32,000 bases of DNA from assembly GCA_024277355.1 (NCBI GenBank), contig JAJRVL010000005.1:30001-62000 (forward strand), given 5' to 3'. Below are positions 15,060-24,122 of the stretch, in pieces. The notes under the pieces are model-generated. The model made no database searches. It was not told the DNA's origin and saw nothing but the letters and a program-made list of their open reading frames with translations. Position 1 is the first letter of the stretch, and every line of letters starts with the position of its first letter. This DNA comes from an archaeon. Its GTDB lineage: Archaea > Iainarchaeota > Iainarchaeia > Iainarchaeales > 1-14-0-10-31-34. Made by a program: the position numbers and the translations under genes.

Positions 15060-15777
15060 TTTCTACACCTTTATCCTTTTTATCTTTGGTTTCTGTTTCA
15101 GTTTTTTTTTCTTTTTTAGAATCTTTCTTTTCTTTAGGTAATTCTTCTTTTACTGCTTTTGCTTTTTTATCTTCTTTTTTTTCTGTGGTTTCTTTTGTTT
15201 TTTCTTTGACTTCTTTTTTAGTTTCTTTTGTTTCTTCGCTTGTTTCTGCTTTTACTTTTTCAAACTCTTTTTTTAAGTCTTTTTTTTCTTGTTTTAGTTT
15301 TAATTCTTTTTTATAGTAAGTTATTTTGTTTTCTTCGTCTTCTTTTACCATATATGATGGTGTTGAAACTTTTTTTCCGTTTATTGCTATATGCCCATGA
15401 ACTATAAATTGTCTTGCTTGTTTTGTTGTGTTAGCTAAACCTTTTCTCCATATTATTGTTTCTAATCTTCTTTCTAAGAATTCTTCAATTCTTAATCCTA
15501 ATACATCATCTAGTGTTGCGTTTCCTTTTACTAACCCGATTTTTCTTATACTGTCAAGTAATTCTTTTTCTCTTTTTAGTCTTTTGTCTAATTCTAATGC
15601 AAGTAATTTTCTTGCATTTTGTCTTTTATTTTTTAGTGTTTGTTCTATTCCCCATAACTCTTTTTTGTTTTTTAATCCATAGGTTTCTTTTAGTTTTTTT
15701 TCTTCATCTAATCTTTTCTTATCCCATGGTTTTCTTGGTCTAAGGTATTTTTTCTTTGTTTTTTTTGGGTCGCCCAC
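15052..15777 (-). CDS. rps4: ribosomal protein S4 (uS4) with ~70-aa K/E-rich C-terminal tail; GTG start
   Basis: GDPKKTKKKYLRPRKPWDK...RLETIIWRKGLANTTKQARQFIVHGHIAINGKKV (S4 domain). The start codon GTG at 15777 is preceded by GGTGAA. 8-nt overlap with rps11. Confidence 0.92.
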   Translation of the reverse strand: MGDPKKTKKKYLRPRKPWDKKRLDEEKKLKETYGLKNKKELWGIEQTLKNKRQNARKLLALELDKRLKREKELLDSIRKIGLVKGNATLDDVLGLRIEEFLERRLETIIWRKGLANTTKQARQFIVHGHIAINGKKVSTPSYMVKEDEENKITYYKKELKLKQEKKDLKKEFEKVKAETSEETKETKKEVKEKTKETTEKKEDKKAKAVKEELPKEKKDSKKEKKTETETKDKKDKGVENE

Positions 15778-15786
15778 TTAATTCAC

Positions 15787-16254
15787 CTACTTTTTAGCAT
15801 CCTTTTTTTGTACTCCGACTGCTGGTCCTTTTCCTCTGTGAGTGGATTTTGTTTTTTGTCCTCTTACAGTTAAGCCCCAGCCTAATCTTAGTCCTCTGTA
15901 ACTTTTTATTTTACTTAATCTCTGCAAGTTTTTTCTTAATTCAAACTGCAGATCTCCCATTATTAAATGTTTATCTTTTCCTGTTTCATATTCTTTCTGT
16001 TTGTTTAAAGTCCATAAAGGAACTGAAAATTTTTCAGGATTTAATACAATTTCTTCCATTTTTTCATCCATGTTTTCTGGAAGGTCTCCCATTTTTGAAT
16101 CCCATTTTATTCCTGTTTCTTTTTCAAATGTTTTTGCCATTATTTTTGATATTCTATGGCTTATTCCTTTTAATTCCATTAATGCTTTTGGAATTCTTTT
16201 TCTTCCATCTAAATCTTTGTTTGCTATTCTTACAATTAATCTTAGTTCTGCCAT
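15787..16254 (-). CDS. rps13: ribosomal protein S13 (uS13)
   Basis: IVRIANKDLDGRKRIPKALMELKGI...IKSYRGLRLGWGLTVRGQKTKS signature. Confidence 0.93.
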   Translation of the reverse strand: MAELRLIVRIANKDLDGRKRIPKALMELKGISHRISKIMAKTFEKETGIKWDSKMGDLPENMDEKMEEIVLNPEKFSVPLWTLNKQKEYETGKDKHLIMGDLQFELRKNLQRLSKIKSYRGLRLGWGLTVRGQKTKSTHRGKGPAVGVQKKDAKK

Positions 16255-16258
16255 TTAT

Positions 16259-16435
16259 TTACACCTTTTTTTTCTCGCTTGTTGGATACAAATGTGTTAT
16301 ATTGCATCTTCTTTTTTTTATGCCTTTTCCTTCTATAAAAGCATAATCTCCTTTAACGGATGTTACAACTACTTTTTTTCCTGCTTCTCTTCCTTTTCTT
16401 TTAATACATATTCTTCCTGGTTCAATTAAAGCCAT
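16259..16435 (-). CDS. rpl14e: ribosomal protein L14e (eL14), short 58-aa form
   Basis: Below the track size cutoff. Manual translation gives MALIEPGRICIKRKGREAGKKVVVTSVKGDYAFIEGKGIKKRRCNITHLYPTSEKKKV, a KOW-like GR.C.K.KGREAGKK core with ...KRR.N..HL.PT. GAGTGAT SD upstream; TAA at 16259-16261. Confidence 0.85.
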   Translation of the reverse strand: MALIEPGRICIKRKGREAGKKVVVTSVKGDYAFIEGKGIKKRRCNITHLYPTSEKKKV

Positions 16436-16441
16436 TTTTTA

Positions 16442-16953
16442 TCACTCTTTATGCATTTTTTCCAAGTATTTTTTTATTAATCCTATTATGCTGTCTTGGT
16501 CTAATTTGTCTGTGTTTATAACTAAATCATATACTTGTAAATCATAAATATTTATTCCATAATTATTCAAGAAACTTTTTTCTTGTTCTATTTCTTTCAT
16601 TTCAATTTTTTCTAATGCTTCTCCTACTGGAATTTTTTCTTTTTCTGACATTTTTTTTGCTCTTAATTTTTTGTATGTTTTTAAAAAAACTTTTAAGTCT
16701 GCGTTGTTTATTGTCCATGCTGCTAATGCATGATCTATTATTATATCATTTTTTTTGCTTCTTGTTCTATTATTTGTTTTATTTTTTCTGTGAATTCTTC
16801 TTCTTTTATTTTTTCTATTGGTAAATTTGTTTCAACTGCAATTCTTTTTTTTATTTCTGCATCTGAAAAATACCTTAAGCCTGCTTGCAATGCTAATAGC
16901 TTGCTTAACTCTTTTGTTGTTGTTCCTGGATAGCTTGTTATTGTTATAATCAT
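16442..16953 (-). pseudogene. cmk: cytidylate kinase (archaeal type), frameshifted at an A8 tract, with a degenerate P-loop
   Basis: The N-terminal ORF (MIITITSYPGTTTKELSKLLA...EQEAKKMI*) ends at 16741. In the -1 frame the sequence continues NDIIIDHALAAWTINNADLKVFLKTYKKLRAKKMSEKE...YGINIYDLQVYDLVINT, which is colinear with Cmk. The junction is the T8 run at 16749-16756. SYPGTTTK replaces the usual GPPGSGKT. Confidence 0.8.
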
Positions 16954-17291
16954 TTTATCCTCTTGACCATTTGCATTACATAATTTTTTGGTTTCATTTC
17001 TAATTCATTTTCTTTTTTTTCTTTTGAAATTATTTTTACTGCTTCATCTATTACTTTTGTTCTGCATTTAGTGCATAAAACTCCTCCAAAAGGAACTGAA
17101 GGTCTTTTTTGTGTTTTGCTTAGTTTTGTTATTTTTCCTGGTCCTTTTGAATGCGGTACTCCTAATAAAGTATTTTTGCATAAACCGCATTTATGTTTTG
17201 CTTTTTTTGCTTTGTCATAAAATGCTTTGCTTTTTCCTTTTACGCTTCTTCTGAATTTTTTCTTTTTTGTTTTATCACTTGGTTTTGTCAT
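16950..17291 (-). CDS. rpl34e: ribosomal protein L34e (eL34)
   Basis: KHKCGLCKNTLLGVPH...CTKCRTKVIDEA zinc-ribbon-like signature. The track start at 17300 is the GTG inside the GTGAT SD; ATG 17291 is preferred. Confidence 0.88.
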   Translation of the reverse strand: MTKPSDKTKKKKFRRSVKGKSKAFYDKAKKAKHKCGLCKNTLLGVPHSKGPGKITKLSKTQKRPSVPFGGVLCTKCRTKVIDEAVKIISKEKKENELEMKPKNYVMQMVKRIK

Positions 17292-17296
17292 AAAAA

Positions 17297-17740
17297 TCAC
17301 TTCTCAATTATTTTCATTACTGCATTAAAAATCAAACTAAATATAATGCTTGAAATCATATACCATACAATATATGGAGCAAAGAAAAATTCCGGAACCT
17401 GCCATCCAAATACAATAAATGTTTCTTTTGCATAACTGCTTACTCCTAAATAAAATATTGGTAAAATTACAACAAAGGATGCTATCATAAATTTTTGCAT
17501 TCCTTTGAACATGTCTTTCATGTCCTGCATTAATTCTATGTTTAATTGTTCTGCTTCTTTTCTTGATTTTTCATCCTGATTTTTCATTAATTCTTTTAGT
17601 TTTTTTTGTTTTTCTTTCATTTTGTCTTGTTTGGCTTTTTGTTCTTTTTTGTTCATTAATTTTCTTTGCAGTACCTGAGAAATTATTCCCACTAATATTG
17701 CAAATAAACTTACATCAATTACTGCACTAAATACAACCAT
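17297..17740 (-). CDS. DUF106 / EMC3-Oxa1-like membrane protein (archaeal YidC-like)
   Basis: TM helix, then a K/E-rich coiled coil (KKEQKAKQDKMKEKQKKLKELMKNQDEKSRKEAEQL), then two TM helices. It sits in the canonical position after secY. The track start at 17761 is GTG; ATG 17740 follows GGTGAG. Confidence 0.8.
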   Translation of the reverse strand: MVVFSAVIDVSLFAILVGIISQVLQRKLMNKKEQKAKQDKMKEKQKKLKELMKNQDEKSRKEAEQLNIELMQDMKDMFKGMQKFMIASFVVILPIFYLGVSSYAKETFIVFGWQVPEFFFAPYIVWYMISSIIFSLIFNAVMKIIEK

Positions 17741-17817
17741 TATACTCACCGGAAAAAACACTAAAAAAAGGTTTAATACTTTATTATTTGTTTAACATCA
17801 TTGTTTTAAACCTTGTT

Positions 17818-19194
17818 TTATCCTCCGAATAATTTCTTCATTAATGGGTTTGTTTCCATTAATTGTTGTTTTGCTAATTCTTCATATAACTTATAAACTA
17901 TTCCTACTGTCAATAAAATTCCTGTTCCTGAACCTAATGCTCCTGTTAAATCTGCTAGTCCTGCTAAAAGTCCTACAAAAGCTGAACCTAAAATTGTTAT
18001 TGGAGGAATATATCTGTCTAAAATACTTCTAATTATTCTTGGGTCTCTTCTAAATCCTGGAATATACATTCCTGAATTGCTTAATTGTTTGCTTACTGCT
18101 TCAGGTCCTTGGCCTCCCATATCAACCCAGAATTTTCCAAAGACAATGCATGCTCCGACTAAAATTACTAAATAAACTATTGCATGGAATATATCAAACC
18201 ATACTGCCTGCAGTCCTTCAATTACTCCAAATGTTCCAACATTTATTGCTAATTTATCAATTAAATCAAATGGTGCACTAACATAAAATGAAACAGTGTT
18301 CATTATTGGCCCTAAAAAACCGCCAATAAATGGAATATCCGGCGCAATCATTGCCCATAACTGAATATTTGCAAATAAGGCCACTGCTAGAATTACAGGA
18401 ATATTTGAAACATATAATAATTTTACTGGAAACCTTCCGCCTGTTCCTTTTCTTCCCATTGTTATTGGAATATTTACATGCATTCCTTCAGCATAAACTA
18501 CAACAAAAAATACAATTAAAGTTGAAACTAAAGGCAGTAAAAGAAGGAAGTCTATTCCTGATGCAAATGATGTAATAAAATTCCATAAAATTCCAGGTGC
18601 AATTGGATTGCCTGGTGTTGCAATACCAAACAGTCTCCAAAAAATTGATTCTGATACTCCGCCTGCAATAAATAATCCTATTCCTGAACCTATTCCATAT
18701 TTTGATACTACTTCATCTAAATAAAGTAAAATAATTGAACCAAAAGCAACTTGTAATATTACTGGAACTAACATTCCTGCTGAAGGCTGAAGCATTCCTG
18801 AAACAGAATAAACTCCTGCTTCAAAAAAACATAAAACTATTGCAAATAATTTTTGTAAACCAGAAAATCTTGCTTTGTCTTTTGGATTGCTTAAATCAAT
18901 GTCAATTATTTTTCCGCCTACAAGCAACTGTAAAATAATTGAGGCTAATACGACTGGGCCAATTCCTGCTGTAATTAATGAACCAATTTTTGATGCTAAA
19001 ATTACCTGTAAATTAGCTAAAGCTCCTTCAGATGAAGCACTTAAGCCAATTACACTGATGTTTCCCAATACAAAAAACAAAATTAAAGCTAATGCACTCC
19101 ACATTAATTTTTTCTTTAATGGAGGTGCAATTTCTGGTGCTTTTACTTCAGGCAGCATTTTATATACTGGTTCTAAAACGTCAAGTAAACTCAT
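17818..19194 (-). CDS. secY: preprotein translocase subunit SecY
   Basis: 458 aa with about 10 TM segments. It occupies the conserved position after L15, with an ATGA overlap with rpl15. Confidence 0.93.
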   Translation of the reverse strand: MSLLDVLEPVYKMLPEVKAPEIAPPLKKKLMWSALALILFFVLGNISVIGLSASSEGALANLQVILASKIGSLITAGIGPVVLASIILQLLVGGKIIDIDLSNPKDKARFSGLQKLFAIVLCFFEAGVYSVSGMLQPSAGMLVPVILQVAFGSIILLYLDEVVSKYGIGSGIGLFIAGGVSESIFWRLFGIATPGNPIAPGILWNFITSFASGIDFLLLLPLVSTLIVFFVVVYAEGMHVNIPITMGRKGTGGRFPVKLLYVSNIPVILAVALFANIQLWAMIAPDIPFIGGFLGPIMNTVSFYVSAPFDLIDKLAINVGTFGVIEGLQAVWFDIFHAIVYLVILVGACIVFGKFWVDMGGQGPEAVSKQLSNSGMYIPGFRRDPRIIRSILDRYIPPITILGSAFVGLLAGLADLTGALGSGTGILLTVGIVYKLYEELAKQQLMETNPLMKKLFGG

Positions 19195-19604
19195 TGAATT
19201 TTTCCTCCAATGGCTTCTATTTTTTCTTTTGCATTTTGTGTTACTTTAATGTTTTTTGTTTCAACTTTTATATTGATGTCGCCTCTTCCTAAGATTTTGC
19301 CTAAACTGCATTTTTTTCCGTCAACAACAAAAATTTCATTGTTTTTTTCAATTAATTTTTTTTCTAATTTAGTGTTTAAGTATTTTTCTAATTCACTTAA
19401 ATTTATGCTGTCGCCTTTATTTTTTGGCTTTAATCTGATTTTAGTTCCAAAGTCAACGTAATATTTACTGAATTTATGTTTAGTGCTTCCTGCTCTTCCA
19501 ACTCCGCCTCTGACTCCGGCTCCTCTTCTGTTTTTTGTGTTTCCTTTTCCGTGATATCTTTGTCCTCTTAATTTATTTGTTTTTTTACTTCTTCTTACAA
19601 CCAT
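19191..19604 (-). CDS. rpl15: ribosomal protein L15 (uL15)
   Basis: KLRGQRYHGKGNTKNRRGAGVRGGVGRAGS signature. Confidence 0.92.
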   Translation of the reverse strand: MVVRRSKKTNKLRGQRYHGKGNTKNRRGAGVRGGVGRAGSTKHKFSKYYVDFGTKIRLKPKNKGDSINLSELEKYLNTKLEKKLIEKNNEIFVVDGKKCSLGKILGRGDINIKVETKNIKVTQNAKEKIEAIGGKIQ

Positions 19605-19615
19605 TAAAACACACC

Positions 19616-20077
19616 TTAAATCATTTTGCTTATTAACTTGTTTATTTCTGTAGCCCTGTAACCTAATACTCCGCCTGCAGAAAAAGCTTTTTTTATTCCT
19701 GCTCTTTCAAATCCTTTTTTTGGAGGGCTTAACCTAAAAACAGGTTTTATTTCTAATTCTTTCAATGAAACTTCTTTTGCAGTTAATTTTTCTGCTAATT
19801 CTTTGAATGAATTAATTTTTTTTTCTTTCAGGAAATCTACTGAAACTTTTTTATTTCCTTTAATTACTGCTCTTTTAATTAAAACTTTTTCTAATGTTTC
19901 TGAAGTTATTTCTCCAAAAGTAACATAATCCTGTACTTTTTCAACCATTTTTCTTGATTGTTTTTCTTCATTAACTAAAACTAAATGGTTTACTCTGAAA
20001 AGCCTTAACATTTTCATTGTATTGTTTAAGTCTTTTTTTACGCCAATGCTTCCTCTTATTCTTATTACTGCTAACAT
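19616..20077 (-). CDS. rpl30: ribosomal protein L30 (uL30)
   Basis: MLAVIRIRGSIGVKKDLNNTMKMLRLFRVNHLVLV signature. Confidence 0.92.
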   Translation of the reverse strand: MLAVIRIRGSIGVKKDLNNTMKMLRLFRVNHLVLVNEEKQSRKMVEKVQDYVTFGEITSETLEKVLIKRAVIKGNKKVSVDFLKEKKINSFKELAEKLTAKEVSLKELEIKPVFRLSPPKKGFERAGIKKAFSAGGVLGYRATEINKLISKMI

Positions 20078-20081
20078 GTTA

Positions 20082-20768
20082 TCACTTTGCTACCTTTTTT
20101 TTTATTTCATCTGATACTTTAAGTGAAGTTGTTTTTGATAAAGCATTAATTGTTGCTCTAATGAAATTTAATTTTGTTTCTGTTGAACCGCTTGTTTTGC
20201 TCCATACATCTCTTATTCCTACAAAATCAAATACATCTTTAATGTTGTTTCCTACAACTAATCCTGTTCCTTTTGGAGCAGGCATTAATTCTATTTTAAC
20301 TGATGAGGCTTTTCCTTTTACTTTGAATGGAATTGAATGTCCTGTTCCACAAGTGCATTCCCATGAACCGCATCCTTTTCTTATTCTAGTTAAATTTAAT
20401 TTTGCTCTTCTTGTTGCTTTTCTTACTGCAGGCCATTTTTCTTTGTGTTTTCCTGTTCCAATTCCTAAAAATTCTTTTTTGTCTCCAATTAATACTGTTG
20501 CTCTGAAAGAAAACTGTCTTCCTGCTCTTCTTACTTTAGTTGTTTTTGTAAAGTCAACCATTTTTTCTTCTAAGTCTGGAAATATATAATCAAGTATTTG
20601 CGGTTCAATTAATGGAAGTTTTGATTCAATTACTTCATTCATTGAAGAAATTTCTCCGCCTTTAACTTTTTTTCCTAAAATTGTTTTTGGAATCCATTCA
20701 TCTTTTTCCTTTTGTTTTTCTCTTTCTCTTCTTTCTTCTCTTCCTTCTCTTCTTCTTTCAGTTTTCAT
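20082..20768 (-). CDS. rps5: ribosomal protein S5 (uS5)
   Basis: EWIPKTILGKKV...RAGRQFSFRATVLIGDKKEFLGIGTGKHKE...ELMPAPKGTGLV signature. Short R/E-rich N-terminus. Confidence 0.92.
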   Translation of the reverse strand: MKTERRREGREERREREKQKEKDEWIPKTILGKKVKGGEISSMNEVIESKLPLIEPQILDYIFPDLEEKMVDFTKTTKVRRAGRQFSFRATVLIGDKKEFLGIGTGKHKEKWPAVRKATRRAKLNLTRIRKGCGSWECTCGTGHSIPFKVKGKASSVKIELMPAPKGTGLVVGNNIKDVFDFVGIRDVWSKTSGSTETKLNFIRATINALSKTTSLKVSDEIKKKVAK

Positions 20769-21343
20769 TCTTTTTCACCGTATTTTTTCTTTATTTCATT
20801 AAGAGTGTTTTCAAAGTATTCATTTATTTTGTTTTTTTCTATTCCTTTTTTTGCGTATTCTGCAAATTCTTTTTTGAATTTTTCTTCATCTAATGAAGTT
20901 AAGTATTTTTCAATTGATTTTCCGTTAATTTTTTCTTGTTTTGGAAAAGCACTTTCATTAAAAGGAATTTTTAGTTTTGCATCAACTGCTCCTTTTAATG
21001 CTGCAAAAACAATTGAACCATGAATTGGAGTGTTTCTTCCAATATCTAATACTGCTTCTTTTGTATCTTTTGCTTTTAATATACAAATCATTCCAGTTAA
21101 ATAAGCTGAAGGAATATTTTTTGTATTAAGTTTCCATCCCAGTTTTTTTAATTCATTTGAATTTGCATGAGATAAAACTTTGTCTCCGTCTTTTTTGTAT
21201 TCAATTAATTGTACAGTTATTATTTTGTTGCTTTTTCTTACAACTAATCTTGGCTTATTTCCTTTAAGCAAAGCAAGCCTTTTTTTGTAATCTGTATTAT
21301 GTCTTCTTCTTCTGAATTTTACTTCATAAGTTGAGTGGCTCAC
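20765..21343 (-). CDS. rpl18: ribosomal protein L18 (uL18); GTG start
   Basis: YEVKFRRRRHNTDYKKRLALL...PRLVVRKSNKIITVQLI signature. GTG at 21343 follows GGTGAT and overlaps the rpl19e stop (GTGA). Confidence 0.9.
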   Translation of the reverse strand: MSHSTYEVKFRRRRHNTDYKKRLALLKGNKPRLVVRKSNKIITVQLIEYKKDGDKVLSHANSNELKKLGWKLNTKNIPSAYLTGMICILKAKDTKEAVLDIGRNTPIHGSIVFAALKGAVDAKLKIPFNESAFPKQEKINGKSIEKYLTSLDEEKFKKEFAEYAKKGIEKNKINEYFENTLNEIKKKYGEKE

Positions 21344-21780
21344 TTTTTATCACCTTTAACCATTGCTTCAACATATTTCTTTCCTTTGAAATAATTTCCT
21401 TTAATCATTTTGTAAATTTTTCCATACTGTCCTTTTTCCATTTTAACTTCTTTTTTAAGTTCTTTTAGTTTTTTTCTTTGAGCTCTGACTTTTTTTATCC
21501 ATTTTTCTTTTTTGTTTGTTCTTGCTTTTATTGTTCCTTTTCTTTTTCCTTTTCCTCTTTTTCTTCCTTTTGTTTTCTTTTCTTTTAATTTTCTTGCTCT
21601 TGCCCTGCTTTGATAATTGTCTTTTCTTTTTCTGACTATTCTTTCTTTTATTAATTGTCTTACATCTTCTTTTGTCATACTTTCTTTTATTCTTTCAGTA
21701 TCTTTGTCTGAAAAAACTATTTTGGTTTTTCCAACTTTTAGTATTTCTGCTGCCATTCTTCTTATTTTATTTAACTGCAT
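21340..21780 (-). CDS. rpl19e: ribosomal protein L19e (eL19)
   Basis: QLNKIRRMAAEILKVGKTKIVFSD...RKGRKRGKGKRKGT signature. Confidence 0.92.
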   Translation of the reverse strand: MQLNKIRRMAAEILKVGKTKIVFSDKDTERIKESMTKEDVRQLIKERIVRKRKDNYQSRARARKLKEKKTKGRKRGKGKRKGTIKARTNKKEKWIKKVRAQRKKLKELKKEVKMEKGQYGKIYKMIKGNYFKGKKYVEAMVKGDKK

Positions 21781-21791
21781 TTTTCATCACT

Positions 21792-22508
21792 TCAGTTTAA
21801 AATCCTTAAATTCATTTCTTTTGCTGTTTTAAGTATTTCTTTTCTTGCTTTTTTTCCTAGTGTTCCTTTTAGTCTTACAACAACTTTTCCTTTTACATCT
21901 TTTAATTCATTTAAATTTCTTATATAAACTTCTTCTAATCCTGACGGATGTAAATTTCTGATTTCTTTTGGTGTTCTGAATCCAGTTAATGGCTTTGCTC
22001 CGTTTTCTTTTTTAAGGAAAAAGTCTATTCCTCTTGGTTTTCTCCATTTCTGCCATTTTTTTATTGCTTTTCTTCTTAACCATGCTTTTCCAAAGTTTCC
22101 TCTTATTGTTGGAACATGTTTCTGTTTTATTTTTTCCTGTAATTTTTTTTGTTCTTCTGTCTTTTTAATTTTATTTACTGCTTTTGGCTTCTTTTTTTCT
22201 TTTGGTTTCTGAATAACAGGTTTTTTGTCTTTGGTTTCTTTTTTTTCTGTTTTAGTTTCTTTTGCTGATTCAACTGGTTTTTCTTTTGTTTCTTTGTTTT
22301 GTTCTTCTGTTTTCTTTTCAGTTTTTATTTCTTTTTTTTCAGTAATAATTTCTTTTTTAGCATCTTTGTTTTCTTTAAGTGGTTTTTCAGTAACTTCTTT
22401 TTTCATTGATTCTTCTTTAATTAATTCTTTCTTTTCTGTAATTTCTTTTTTTGGTGTTGTTTCGGCTTTTTCTTTTAATTCTGCTTGTTTAATTATTTCT
22501 TCTGCCAT
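21792..22508 (-). CDS. rpl32e: ribosomal protein L32e (eL32) with ~125-aa K/E-rich N-terminal extension
   Basis: C-terminal core KWQKWRKPRGIDFFLKKENGAKPLTGFRTPKEIRNLHPSGLEEVYIRNLNEL. The N-terminal half is low-complexity K/E/T and includes the cassette shared with S9. Confidence 0.9.
   Translation of the reverse strand: MAEEIIKQAELKEKAETTPKKEITEKKELIKEESMKKEVTEKPLKENKDAKKEIITEKKEIKTEKKTEEQNKETKEKPVESAKETKTEKKETKDKKPVIQKPKEKKKPKAVNKIKKTEEQKKLQEKIKQKHVPTIRGNFGKAWLRRKAIKKWQKWRKPRGIDFFLKKENGAKPLTGFRTPKEIRNLHPSGLEEVYIRNLNELKDVKGKVVVRLKGTLGKKARKEILKTAKEMNLRILN
22237..22340. repeat. 104-nt cassette, copy B (in the rpl32e N-terminal extension)
   Basis: See copy A at 12917-13020 (offset 9320 nt, same orientation, in frame). 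It encodes [32 protein letters not shown]. Confidence 0.9.
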
Positions 22509-23044
22509 TATTCATTCACCTTTTTTTCTGTTAAATATATTCCATCCTGAAAAACTCTTGTGTCTCTGTTTTTAATTTTTGTTGCTGTTTCAAGATTTGC
22601 TGCTGTCTGTCCTATTTCTTCTTTATTGATTCCTTTTAATGTAAGTTCTTTTCCTTTTATTTCAACTTTTGTTTGTCCGGATATTTCTGCAGTTCTTGGT
22701 TTTTTTTCTCCGGTAAAATTGTTTATTTCAATTGTGTTTCCTTTTACTGCGGCATTTATTGGAAAATGTGAAAATACTATTTTCATTTTGTAAGTATATC
22801 CTTTGTTTGTTCCTTCAATCATGTTTTTTATATGTGCGTTGACTGTGTTAATCATTGCTTTGGTTCTTTTTGTGTCTTTTCCTGCTGTAATGCTTATTTT
22901 GTTTTCTTTAATTTCTATTTTTATTTTATTGTGTGTAAAATCTCTTTCAATAAACCCTAATTTTCCAGTTATTTTTAGTTTGTTTCTGTTTAATTCTGTT
23001 TTGGTTCCTTCAGGAATTTCAATTATTTTTTCTTGTGTTTTCAT
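22508..23044 (-). CDS. rpl6: ribosomal protein L6 (uL6)
   Basis: Two-repeat L6 pattern (IEIPEGTKTELNRNKLKITGKLG...; GYTYKMKIVFSHFPI). GTGATAAA SD. Confidence 0.92.
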   Translation of the reverse strand: MKTQEKIIEIPEGTKTELNRNKLKITGKLGFIERDFTHNKIKIEIKENKISITAGKDTKRTKAMINTVNAHIKNMIEGTNKGYTYKMKIVFSHFPINAAVKGNTIEINNFTGEKKPRTAEISGQTKVEIKGKELTLKGINKEEIGQTAANLETATKIKNRDTRVFQDGIYLTEKKVNE

Positions 23045-23072
23045 TTTATCACATTTTATTTAATCTAAAAGT

Positions 23073-23465
23073 TTAATATATAAAAGCAACAAGCCTTCCG
23101 CCTATTTCTTTCTTTTTTGCTTCTGCGTGTGTCATTACTCCTTGTGAAGTTGAAACAATTATTGTTCCTATATCTTTTGAAGGTAAAAATCTTTTTTCGT
23201 ATTTTTCGTATTCGTTTTTCTTTACTGCATATCTTGGTTTAATTGTTTTGCATTGATTTATTTTTCCCATTAATTGTACTTTGAACATTCCGTCTCTTCC
23301 ATCGTCAATTAACTCGTATTTTCCTATAAATCCTTTTTTGAGTAATATTTTGAGTATTTCTCCAATTAATTTTGATGCAGGTTTAAATGTGCATTCTTTT
23401 TTTGATGCATTTTCATGGTTTTTTAAGTTTATTAATGCATCTGATACTGGATCTGTTAAGCTCAT
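23073..23465 (-). CDS. rps8: ribosomal protein S8 (uS8)
   Basis: MSLTDPVSDALINLKNHE...IIVSTSQGVMTHAEAKKKEIGGRLVAFIY signature. The track start at 23474 is the GTG within the AGGTGA SD; ATG 23465 is preferred. Confidence 0.92.
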   Translation of the reverse strand: MSLTDPVSDALINLKNHENASKKECTFKPASKLIGEILKILLKKGFIGKYELIDDGRDGMFKVQLMGKINQCKTIKPRYAVKKNEYEKYEKRFLPSKDIGTIIVSTSQGVMTHAEAKKKEIGGRLVAFIY

Positions 23466-23476
23466 AATTTTCACCT

Positions 23477-23611
23477 TTAATTATATTTTTTAAACCCCAT
23501 TTTTGGTGCTCTTTCTTTAAAGCATCTCCTGCAAATCTGCATTCCATACTTTCTGATTACTCCTCTTCTGCTTTTACATACTGTGCAATTTACTTCTTTT
23601 TTGTTAATCAT
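23477..23611 (-). CDS. rps14: ribosomal protein S14 (uS14, zinc-ribbon type), 44 aa
   Basis: Below the track cutoff. Manual translation gives [48 protein letters not shown] overlap with the rpl5 stop; TAA at 23477-23479. Confidence 0.9.
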   Translation of the reverse strand: MINKKEVNCTVCKSRRGVIRKYGMQICRRCFKERAPKMGFKKYN

Positions 23612-24117
23612 TCAAATTCCACTCCGAATTTTTCTTTTATGAAATTGATTGCTTCATTTTTAGTTATTCTGTGTTTTATTGGTATTTTTCTTGAATTCAT
23701 TTTTCTTTTTTTAATTCTAAATCCTTTTTTTCCCAAGCTAACTAAAACATTAAATCCTTTTATTCCTAGTTTTGGATCATATTTTGTTCCTGGTAAATCA
23801 ATATATTCTTTTATTCCAAACCCAAAATTTCCCTGTAAATCAAAATTACTTTTTTTTAGTGTGTTGTCTTTTGCTTTTAATGCTGTTTTAAGAAATTCTT
23901 CTGCTTTGATTTTTCTTAATGTTACTTTTATGCCTATTGGTAATCCTGGTCTTATTCCCCATAAAGGCTGTTTAATTTTACATTTTGTCTGGATTGTTTT
24001 GCATCCAGTAATTTTTTCTATTATCTGCTGTCCTTTCTTTAATTCTTCTCCTGATTCGCCTACACCCATGTTTACTACAACTTTTTCTATTCTGATTTCT
24101 TTCATTGGGTTTTCCAT
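23608..24117 (-). CDS. rpl5: ribosomal protein L5 (uL5)
   Basis: [26 protein letters not shown]...[15 protein letters not shown] signature; GGTGAC SD. Confidence 0.93.
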   Translation of the reverse strand: MENPMKEIRIEKVVVNMGVGESGEELKKGQQIIEKITGCKTIQTKCKIKQPLWGIRPGLPIGIKVTLRKIKAEEFLKTALKAKDNTLKKSNFDLQGNFGFGIKEYIDLPGTKYDPKLGIKGFNVLVSLGKKGFRIKKRKMNSRKIPIKHRITKNEAINFIKEKFGVEFE

Positions 24118-24122
24118 TTAAG

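Noticed and set aside
16442-16953. Treating 16741..16953 and 16442..16651 as two independent small proteins.
   Set aside because: Together with the unlisted in-frame stretch between them, they are colinear with one archaeal cytidylate kinase. The 16442..16651 M is an internal Met of that reading frame.
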